Below, in pieces: positions 13,100-25,000 of a stretch of 64,000 nucleotides of DNA (position 1 is its first letter; each line of letters opens with the position of its first letter). Source of the DNA: Phoronis australis (taxonomy: Eukaryota > Animalia > Phoronida); assembly GCA_002633005.1 (NCBI GenBank), contig NMRA01000634.1:174476-238475 (forward strand), in the 5' to 3' direction. The translations under genes were made by a program, and so were the position numbers. The notes under the pieces were generated by a model, which worked only from the letters and a program-made list of their open reading frames with translations, ran no database searches and was not told the origin of the DNA.

Positions 13100-16000
13100 G
13101 TAAGTGCCGGTGCTCTCTTGTGGAAAATTTCTGCCAGGAAGTGTTTAAAAGGCCTAAATATCCGTTTTGTGTTTCACATAGTTCCCTTTACGTCCTATAA
13201 ACGAGATTTTCTCACACATTTCGGTAACCGTGTTGATGGTGTTTCGAACGATAATTGAAACTTTACAATTTATGGAACCTCAAAATATGACTCCACAATT
13301 TTTGCGTAAGAGTGCTCTTTTTATATTTTGCCCGTATAAATTGTCGAGACATATTCGAAGCAGGTGTATTGTGAATGCTAAATACAAAAATAAATAATTA
13401 CCGTCGTTTTCGGTTTAGCAACTTCGTTTTTCGGCATTTCAAAAACAGAAGTGTCGGCAATTTTCAATTCGGCGGTTAATAAATAACTCACAAAAAAATA
13501 AATGAAAAATCATGGCACACCATTGTTGTTCTACTCTTTGGTGGATGCTTGGACAAAAAGTTTGGAAATTGGAACCCTAGAAGGAACACGAACGGAAAGT
13601 ACGTACACAAGGAGGTTCAGCGATCTGCTTTAAAAAGCATAAGAGCCCTTATCGAAGCACAAATAGTATGTAGGTAGGGGGATAAAGGTCACCGTGTCTA
13701 ACTTCTCATCGAATGTCTGACAAGGTTATGTTTTTGTAAATCACCCAGTGCGTAATTAATGAAATAACCGACATTAAAAACAGATAGAATTTTGTTCATA
13801 AAATCATGTCAAGGATTCAAAGGCTTAGTCAAAATCAATTAACAAGAGCAACCCACGTTTGCCAAGTCCCTCGCTGTAGGAGTACAACCGAACGGACAGT
13901 AAAACATTCCCATTTATGCTCTTACAGAGATAAAGTCACGGCGAGTATTCCTCACGGACCAGTTTACCTAAAGACGTCTTAAAGGAGAATGCCACCCGAT
14001 TTAATTAGTCTTTTTGCCGTCTTAATCGGTATATATCCACATCGCCTCGTATACGGTCGACCTTACCTTGCCAAGAGGTGTCGCGTTAACCTGTAAGGAA
14101 GGTGAGAAACGACGCTAGCGACATCAGTGGTTCATATGCAAAGTGAATGCCGCTGTGTTGCGGCGCATCGTTCCCGCTTGTCCGAACTAAGTAGCTTCGA
14201 AGAAAAGGGAATATCGTTTTTTTACTTCCTCGAGAGTCCGAAATGTTTAGGAAGTGGCTCATGGTAGTGAAGAATGAAATGTACGCTGTAAATAGCAAGT
14301 ATGAGGCCGTGAAACATCTCCGTGTCTGTGGCCTGCAGATGTAGACAGTGCCTGACGAATGCCGGCTTACCAAATAACTCCATACGTTCCGTTGTCTGAG
14401 CTTGTTCACGGCGCCTGTCTAGTATTTCTCCATCACTGTATTCCTGTTCGAATTGATAGCCTGTAAAACTTAACGATCCACCTGCGAAGTCGGGACTTAT
14501 GAGCTCTAGCTCGTCCTAAGTCGGGATTGCGAGTTGCCATGTTGGCGTTTATTACTGAGCGTTCTGTTTCAAAATGAATTATTCTCACCCTAACCAATAC
14601 TTATATAAAACTGAAACAAAGTCTGTCTCATTAGATGCAATTTGTAATGCCTTGAGTGTTCGTGAGTGCAAATGATTTGAGAAGCCAGCAATGAATAAAT
14701 CACTGCGTTACCGGCTTTAGGTGCAATAAAACTAATTGACGGGACACCTAGGCCGTGTGAGCTCATGCTAATTTAGTGTTAACTGGCAGAAACTGTTGTG
14801 AAACAACTCGATTTCCATTCCACGGCCAGGTGTTAGGGGAATCTTTCAATATACAACTTCTGCCCTGACGGTGNTCGGCGGTTGATAAATAACTCACAAA
14901 AAATAAATGAAAAATCATGGCACACCATTGTTGTTCTACTCTTTGGTGGATGCTTGGACAAAAAGTCTGGAAATTGGAACCCTAAAAGGAACACGAACGG
15001 AAAGTACGTACACAAGGAGGTTCAGCGATCTGCTTTAAAAAGTGATTTCAGATCATAAGAGCCCTTATCGAAGCACAAATAGTAAGTAGGTAGGGGGATA
15101 AAGGTCACCGTGTCTAACTTCTCAACGAATGTCTGACAACGTTATGTTTTTGTAAATCACCCAGTGCGTAATTAATGGAACAACCGATATTAAAAACGGA
15201 CAGAATTTTGTTCATAAAATCATGTCAAGGATTCAAAGGCTTAGTCAAAATCAATTAACAAGAGCAACCCACGTTTGCCAAGTCCCTCGCTGTAGGAGTG
15301 CAACCGAACGGACAGTAAAATATTCCCAGTTATGCTCTTACAGAGATAAAGTCACGGCGAGTGTTCCTCACCGACCAGTTTACTTAAAGACGTCTTAAAG
15401 GAGAATGCCACCCGATTTAATTAGTCTTTTTGCCGTCTTAATCGGTCTATATCCACATCGCCCCGTATACGGTCGACCTTACCTTGCCAAGAGGTGTCGC
15501 GTTAACCTGTAAGGAAGGTGAGAAACGACGCTAGCGACATCAGTGGTTCATATGCAAAGTGAATGCCGCTATGTTGCGGTGCATCGTTCCCGCTTGTCCG
15601 AACTAAGTAGCTGCGAGGAAAGCGGGAATATCGTTTTTTTACTTCCTCGAGAGTCCGAAATGTTTAGGAAGTGGCTCATGGTAGTGAAGAATGAAATGTA
15701 CGCAATAGCAAGTATGAGGCCGTGAAACATCTCCGTGTCTGTGGCCTGCAGACGTAGACAGTGCCTGACGAATGCCGGCTTACCAAATAACTCCATACGT
15801 TCCGTTGTCTGAGCTTGTTCACGGCGCCTGTCTAGTATTTCTCCATCACTGTATTCCTGTTCGAATTGATAGCCAGTAAAACTTAACCATCCACCTGCGA
15901 AGTCGGGACTTATGACTGAGCTCTAGCTCGTCCTAAGTCGGTATTCCGAGTTGCCATGTTGGCGTTTATTACTGAGCGTTCTGTTTCAAAATGAATTATT

Positions 16001-19000
16001 CTCACCCTAACCAATACTTATATAAAACTGAAACAAAGTCTGTCTCATTAGATGCAATTTGTAATGCTTTGAGTGTTCGTGAGTGCAAATGATTTGAGAA
16101 GCCAGCAATGAATAAATCACTGCGTTACCGGATTTAGGTGCAATAAAACTAATTGACGGGACACCTAGGCCGTGTGAGCTCATGCTAATTTAGTGTTAAC
16201 TGGCAGAAACTGTTGTGAAACAACTCAATTTCCATTCCACGGCCAGGTGTTAGGGGAATCTTTCAATGTACAACTTCTGCCCTGACGGTGCTGTGGCCAA
16301 ACTTAAGCGGAACCCGTGAATTCGCAGCCCCCGACGAGTAAGTAGATTTCCAGTTTCGTGGCTAATTCACCAACATAATCAGGTGCATATTATTTTGGCT
16401 CACTAGTATAGCATTTTCTTGACTGAACTTTTGCTGGTTTATGTTCGTGATGTCTGATCAGTTTCCAAGCCACTGGCGGGGATAACGAGTCAATCCGGCC
16501 GGCCGCGACGGGCCTGATCGGGCTCCGAGCCACTGGCCAGGCTAACAAGCGTTTTGTGTTTAGAACTCAAAAAATCACAAGTCCAAACAACACAGATCTA
16601 AGTTCTACTGTCTGTGTCTCACGGAAAATACTTCGAAATTATCTCCGAACAGACCCCAAATTCTGCTATTGGCCTGCCAACTTTGTAGTCTACGGGGTGT
16701 GTCCAAATACCAATAAATCCGTTAGAACGAAATAAAACAACACGGTGTATTTTTAAGGGTTTTACATCGAAGTTTGATGATTTATTGGTGTTAAACGATG
16801 ACTTCAAGCGATAAGCTGACACCAGTAACCGGTATTGTGAACTGCTGAAGAGACTGCGTGTGAAACCGATGACGTCATTGGATAATTTCAACACCTCCGT
16901 CTGCCGTCAGGTGTCAGGTAACGCAACCGTACGTGTCGTTATGGAGTAGAACTACTCGATCTAAATTGATACAAATTAGGTTGTTTTTTGGGTGGCATGC
17001 TCCTTTAATACATGTAAGTTTAGCAACTACTGCTGAGGTCAACTAACTGTGACAGTAACAAAGGATATAGGTCACCATTTTTAAATATTGTTTAGTTTGG
17101 TAACCTTTTGGTATCCACGTAATATCCTCCTCCTTTTGAGTCGAAAATATTTTTCTCACACGACCTGGATCGTGTTACGACACGACTGCTTAATAACATC
17201 GAGTACGCAATTTTTTTTTTTTTTTGATATTACATGGGCAAATCACAAAGTTGTGCAACCTAGAGATGTAATACGCCTTACATTTTATCGCCTATTGAAA
17301 AACACTAAAACAACCAAACGCGCGAAAACCAAACAATGCCGGAATTATCGTGAAGGTGACAAGGTTATGATTGACAAATCGGTTGTCACAACATACTCCC
17401 AGTCGGAAGGACATGCAAACAATTTCTTAAACGGACCCATCTTTTATATCCACGTTCATCCAAACGGAGACGAACTCAAACTCAAGTACCACGGTGAGAT
17501 TGTCTAGCTGTGCTGTCTAAAGGTCAATTCAGTACTAGCGCGCGGGGAAACCCTGCTGAACAACAACCATTTGTTAAGTTTCAATATTACAGTTTCAGAG
17601 ACTTTTTATTAGATTATAAATTAAATATTTTTACGAAAGCTGAATGCAATTTACAGTTGTTAAGTTTAAAATAAAACAATGAACAAAAGGTAACTGAGTT
17701 TACTTTACATTGCGTAAGCGTGTTTTTACAAAGTGGCGTCATGTGGTTGAAAGTTTTGGACACGTTGAGCTTTTCGGCAAAAAATCGTTTTCACGGTTCA
17801 TATGAGAAAACAAATTCTACACTTGTCTCAGGTTTATGACATGGGCAAAACCTCGTGGAAATTTCGTCAAAATCCCGAGGCTTGTCCGACATAAAAACGT
17901 GTATCATGTACAAAAAATGCAATATTGACCCCAAATATTTTGCAATTCACACCTTTTGAGCCATGCATCTTGTTATTATGCTTTTAAGTAATTAGTTATA
18001 TTCACTGTATATCGATAGACTATAGAAATGAAAAGTCTCGAGAAATTAGGAATAAAGAGATTTACTGAGGGAAGAGTCTCCTCATTGTAGAAAATTCACA
18101 GGCATAGATTCCCACCGCGTCTTCTCTCGACTGTATACCTGATTACACCAACTGCCACCAGTAACTATGTATGGTGCCTAGTACCTATGTCACCTAGTCT
18201 CAGACGAGAGGTGTTGTGCTTAATGATATAAAAATCGGCCGATCACTTCCGAAAATAGGCATCTATGAAACCTAGTAGAGGCATTCAATCTGTTATACTT
18301 ACAGCGTATCCCACAGACTGCTCGTGCAGCGGCTGTGCTTCCTACGACTACCTGAACCATGTGACGGGCTGCAGGTGCCACGAATCCAACAATTGGGGAA
18401 TGGCTCTCTGTTGTCACGCTAAAAGCTTGCGGAGGCCTCGTAAGTACACGAAACAAATGGCTTTTGCATGAAACATCTCAGTCGAAGACGGGGTTGGCTA
18501 ATTCAACAGGAAATGAAATGGGTGATCATATTAAAGGTGCATTAAAATTTGAAAGCATGAATGCCACCACAAGAAAATAAATTGTTTTCAGTCAAATAGA
18601 TCCTTCCAAGACAAATTTGACCAAGTGCTGTGCAAAACCACTATCCCACCAAGCACAGGTGAATGTTCTTAATTATAAATTACGCTTATTTAAGGTGACT
18701 GTGAACCTTACTAGCCAAGTTGTACTTATGTCCAAATATCTATTCTGTTAGCTGCAACCGCTACATGTGTATATTTTCTGAAAAGAGGGGTAGATTTCCT
18801 AATTCACGAGCTATGCGTTTTTAGTAAACATTTTTTATTTTGAACAAAAATTTAAAAAATATTGTTCCTCCAATCATATTAGTCTTTTTTAACATGTTGA
18901 TAACGGCATTTTCGAGGGAACGATGTCTCAGGTTTTTCAAATGGGTCTTAGATAATTTAATTACCCACTTTTAGAGTATTCCAGTGCTCTAGTGTGGCGT

Positions 19001-22000
19001 AGGCGCATGTAGGCGCAGCCAATCACCTTCTGGCATTTACACGTAGCGCCTACGCACCGTGAGGTACTTTACAGTTGGGCATAGGCGCAGCCACCAATAT
19101 TTTTACATCTACGCAAAGTGACGGTGTAGTGGGGCATAGTCTTGATACAATAGCTTACGGTATCGATGCACTGCTACGCTGACGACAGCATTATTGCCGA
19201 ATATTCCAGCTCGCGTGACCGCACGTCCTTGACAATTTAGTCAAAAACTTGTTGTGAACTTGGAGTGGCTTTGACTTGACAATGATGAGCAGTCGTTTTG
19301 CTCTATTCTAGGCATCTTGGACGCCAAAACTTGTGTAAGATCGTGTTTGAGTAATTAGTCTTTGATGAAGCGTACGCAGTAACATATGTTCGCCGCGTAA
19401 TGAAATTTTAGATTAACATTTCAAGATAAAGTAAAAATTATGGTGTCATACCATAGACGGATGAAGAAGGGCCCGAGAACACACCCACAGGTGACTAAAA
19501 ACGCCGGTGCATATCGCTTCTTGGCGTTATGCACCTATTTTCTTTTGAAATTGTGTAGTTTGTCCCCCCCCCCTTCAGAGACCGCTTGCAATGCACGCGG
19601 ACCTTTGCCTTCCAATATGTGTTGCTGGGCCCCTTTCGATCTGCGACATCCTAGATTCGTCAGTGCAGACACGAAGTAAATAGGCCTAAATGTTTGAGAG
19701 TCAGGTTTTGCGAATTCAATGCACTTTTAAATATCAATGCTTAAGGTGATACGCAGGGCATTAGGCGCCTACTTACCTCAAATTTTACCACTACAACACT
19801 GAAGCATTTTGAGCAAAAACCCCCGTACTCTTGATTTTTGAAGGCTTTGTTCCAAAAAACTTAAATCAAGATTCTGAGACCGGTTCCCTTCGGAAGGCAT
19901 CAAACAGCACGTATTCGAAATTTCATATTAATCTGTTCATGGATCCCCGAAAAATCGAAGTTCAAAAGTTGAAATGAACTCCAAAATAGCAACGCGAGAA
20001 ATCGACAATAATGCACGGCGGTGATCGAGAAGTGCGCTATTGGCATCATATCAGAACTTTCAGGACTAAGTTTCTTGACTGTGACACAGTTACTCGAATA
20101 CTGTATTCATAATTTCAAAATTATGATTAAGTTGGTTATTGCGCAATGCAGAAATTTAGGAATAATCGTTCAGTTTTAGCAACGTAATCGAGTCGGTCCT
20201 AATGTTGGCGGAGTTTGTAGTTATTTAGCTGAACTACATGTAGGTCAACCAGCTTTAACGATGTTTGGTACTTGAACGTTTCCACTGGATGAAGTAAATT
20301 TGTCGTCGATATATTACAAGACCCTAACTTAGTCGGTTTAGAATTAACTGGAGAGCATTCTAAGTTGCTTGCGAGAAAATCAAGATCCTGTAAGACCTCA
20401 CAAAATCATTCGATGCAAAAAGCGAGGTATTTGATCGCCGTGACGGCTCGTGATCTTGCTAGGCTATCCTAGCAAAATGGCGGCCACTGAAGTGGCTGGT
20501 CGGCGAGGTGTGAGTGTTGTATTGTACGTCGGAATAATTCATTCGTTCCATAGCATACATGTAAGTGAACATTTTTCTCCGCAAGCACAAGCTAATGTCT
20601 TGCGGCCTCTGCAAATCTTAGCTAGATATGTCATGATCTACATGAAGTGTAACAGTCCGATGTCCCTTTACACTTTGAGAACTAACAGCTCGCCACTTTT
20701 CGAATTTTCGGAAACTTTTGGGATTCTTTGTTGTGCCTTCGCCTTCTTATGTCCTCTTGCAGCATGTAAACCCGGCACATATTCGCCCACCGGTTACCAT
20801 GGCATCATCCGTTGTTTACCGTGTCCTGCTGGGACATTCTCTTCCAACACCGGAAGTATGGAGTGTCAAAAATGTCCTGCAGGTAAGTTCAATATTTGGT
20901 ACAAGATACTCTTCTGGCTTTAGTTGAACTGGGCATTTATTTTCGACTATGTTTTAGTGTGGGACTGAGAGTGTTCAATTTAAAACTGTTTAAACCAGTG
21001 TTTAAATAGTATGGTTTCATTGAACTTGCTCGCCTGTTTTTCCCAATAAACTATGTAGAAAAAACCTAATAGATTTATTGTTAAATTTTGAATAAGAAGA
21101 TTGCGTTCATGATAGTTTTGTTTCTTGTTAGGTTATTACTCGGGTCAAGGTCAGACCCAGTGCACGCCCTGTGATTATGGCTCCATTAGCAACATCTCTC
21201 GCACAGCATGCGAACCGTGTCCCTCTGGCTACAAGTCTTTACTGGGAGAGTGCTTGGGTAATTTTACTGAGTGATTAGTGTTTTCCATAACCGCACTGTT
21301 AGGTCAGTATACAGTTGAGGCTATGTTTCTTTCCGTTTTCTGCTTAACCCTGAATCCAGGAACTTTGCTATAAAAGCCTATCAAAATTGAATTTCCTTGC
21401 CCTTGACCTTTTTTACGGTTAGAGAGTTGTGGGTTTTCTGGAAAGATTGTGGGACAACGGTCAGTCAAGAGGAATGAAATCCGAAGCAGAGAATATACAT
21501 TTAAACATTTACAGAATATAAATCGGTAAATAAAACAACAAGAATGGATCAACTGAAATTTGAAATTTTCGGATGTAACAACTTCCTTTATCAACAAAAA
21601 CAGAAATAAAGTAAAATCAAACACAAAATGACAATTAACATATAAGATATGGTGTAATGAAAATGATACATTTTTGCGTAAAAAATTCAATGACATATTT
21701 TAAGAAGTTTTTATGTTCAATCCATGAGGTTCTATTGTATTAAGTTTGTCTATCCACTATTGTTCTCTTTTAAGTCTGTGAGGGGTACTGGGGTGTTGGA
21801 GTTTTTCTATTATTTGTACAGAAAGATCTTGAATATTATGGTTTTTGGAATTGAAATGATTACCTATAGTATCAGAAATGTTTTATGTATTATGTTAAAT
21901 CTATGATTACGAAACCGAGTTTGTAGATTATGTTGAGTTTGTCCTACGTATTGGATAGAACATTTTTTACAAGTTATAAGGTAAATAATATTGTTGGTGG

Positions 22001-25000
22001 TGCAATCAGAATAATGTTTTATTTCAAAGTTTTCATTGGTTTGGGAAGACTGGAAAAAAGTGCTATCGTTGATGAAGTTACACATTTTACACCTAGTTTT
22101 GTTACATTGTGTGTTGCCAATAGGTTTGTCAGTTTGGTGTATATTGTCGATATTAGCTTTAACTAAATAATTTTTTAGATTTTTACATTTTCTCCAAGAA
22201 ATTATAGGGGGATGAGGAAATAGGTTTTTCATTTGAGGGGAAATATGCAGTGTAGAAAGATGTTTTTTGAAGACGTGGCTAATTCCGTTTAAACATGGAT
22301 TGAACATAGTTATGAAAGGTATTCTATTAGTAGTATTGCCTTTAGTTTTAGTTCTTAAAGATTCATTTCGAGTAATTGAGCGGACTTTGTCAAACTGTTT
22401 GTGTATAAGATGTAAGGGGAAATGACGTTGAATTAGATAGTACTTGAGTTCTTTTAAACGGTTATTAAAGGAAGTTTCTTCTGAACAAATGCGTCGAATT
22501 CTTAGGGCAAGGCTATATGGAAGGCTTTTCTTGCAATGAAAGGGATGACACGAGTGATATGACAGATACTGGTGTTTGTCAGTTTCTTTACAGAATAAGT
22601 CAGTTTCTAGTTTATCATTATTAAGAGTGACAGTTACATCTAAAAATGAGACTTTATTTTGAGAAATGTCATGAGTGAACTTTATAGTAGGGTGAAATTT
22701 GTTAATATTTTCTAAAAATACATCTAATTTTTGTGGACCATGGGTCCATATCATAAAAATGTCATCAATGTATCTTAGCCAGAGAAGGGGTTTTTCAGAG
22801 CAGGATTTGATGAAGCTGTTTTCAAGATTTCCCATAAAGAGGTTAGCAAAAGTAGGAGCAACCCTAGTTCCCATGGCTGTGCCTAATATTTGGAGATAGT
22901 GATTATTATTAAAGGTAAAATGATTCATGGTAAGTACAATGTACATGTTCAAGAAGGGAGCGAATAAAAGATGTAGGTACATTAGGAGTATTACGTTGAC
23001 TAAGAAACTTGGTACAGGCTTCTATGCCTTCATGTTGAGGAATATTAGTGTATAAGCTTTTAACATCAAGAGTTACGAGAAGGGCATTTTTAGGTAAATC
23101 ACTAATGTTTTTAATTATATTAAGAAAATGATTCGTATCTTTAACATATGAAGGAAGGGTGGGGACAAATTGCTGAAGATGGTAGTCGGCAAACTGAGAA
23201 ATGTTTTCTGTAGGGCAGTTGTCGCTGGATCGCCTTATTTAGTTTCAGATATATTTTCTACAACACTTACAGACAACAGATGGCGAGGAACATGTATATT
23301 TCACAATTCTCTAACCGCAAAAAGGTCCACGATACCCTCACTTTCAACAACAAGTGGGTCTAACGAACCAAATTACAAAGTCAATGGAGCATCGTAGTTT
23401 TTGGAAGAGCTCCTTACCTCCTAAATTTTCTGGGTCCAGCCAGTCTAATCACAGACTCCAGACTCCACTCGGACACATACTCGAAACTTAACCAATCGCG
23501 CGGCATGGTAATTCGACGCACGTTGTTGTACGTTCATCTCGTCAGTGAAAAGGGTGATGGCTGTCAAGGTAAACTCAAATTTCAGTTTTATTTTGAGAGT
23601 TCAGTGACCCAGCTTCGCGTCATTTTCCCAGACATTTTAACTAGAGGGAATGCAGTTTCATTACCCAAGACATACGAAGTATTGTTTCAACGCAATGGGG
23701 CTGTACTCTGAAACGGTTAACTTTACGGTGATAGTCTGTTTCCAAGGGAACCACGCAACGATGAAAATAACAGAAAATTAAAAAATTGTGATGCAATTCT
23801 AACATTCTTCTTTTTTGCTTCTGTTATTTACTAATAGATGACTTGCAATACAAAAAGAAATGATAACAAAATTGAGGGCTGCAGCTGTGATATTTCAAAT
23901 AGTAACGTCATCATTATTTTATAGAACTCTTTCAAAACTACCGCATAAGGCCCGATGTTACCTCTGCTGACGTGTTGGAATTATTACCAGAAACTAGTGT
24001 GTCGTCTGCTGAAGCATGTCGTCAGTACTGTGAGCACAGTGTCACGTGTGTAGGTTTCACATATAACGCCGCAACTGGAGCATGTTCTCCGAAAAAATAC
24101 ATTGGAACAGGCACCAAGCAGCACACAAATGGGACGAATCTGTTCGACACTGCAGGTAAAAAGGACAATAAAGGCATTCTACTATTGTTACGGCCCTGTT
24201 AGCTAAAGTCAGTTAAAACTTCATAGAAAACGATTTAGAAATGGTTTATTATACTGAACTCCGATAGCACAACATACAAACTGAAAAGCAAAACCAGAAA
24301 AACGCTCACGAGAGCTCAGAACAAGTCAGCTGTCGCGAATTCGCGATGTGAGTTGCGCCTCGTGTGAAATAGTGTTTAACAATAAGAGTATCACAACAGT
24401 AGCAACACTATCAATTGGCTGTCTGAGAAGTGGTATCAACATAGACGGAAATTTGTTGCGATTTTTTCAAATTTCAAATTTTGACGGAGTTCACAGATTG
24501 GAAACCACGACCCATACGTGACAGATTGCAGCTAACAAGTGCCACATCTGCAGGAATTTTCAACCTAAAACGGTCTTATCGGGGACAATACAATAAAGAA
24601 GTGGGGCTTGGTTTGTTAAATACAAGAAATTACTGCCCGTTTTCCGCTTATAGTCTATGGAAGATGGATTTGTCATGCTTTGGTCACGTTTACAATAACA
24701 CAACGAGCCATTAAAAAGGGGCCTATCGAACCCAACACCGTAGAAAGACAACAGGATGCTTTAAAAATCCCCTTTCATGTTCAGTTCTTGTTACTCAATT
24801 TTAAATATGACCAAAACATGCCAAATTCAAAACAGCCTTTCCCCATAGAACATGTGCAAAATGGGGCACTTTGCTAAACCTTGTGCGTACGCTTCAAAAG
24901 CCAACCTCCACTTTTCTATAGCATTGCCTCTCAATAAAACTCTGTTAAGGGTGATGGGTACTCGGGATCATTTGAAGTAGTCGACAAAATGGTGTTCATG

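Noticed and set aside
4088-16894. Repeated small ORFs (MLKLSNDVIG..., MNKRRQRNVWSYL...) as a small-protein gene family
   Set aside because: All lie within copies of one non-autonomous TIR element, start at GTG, and differ by frameshifts.
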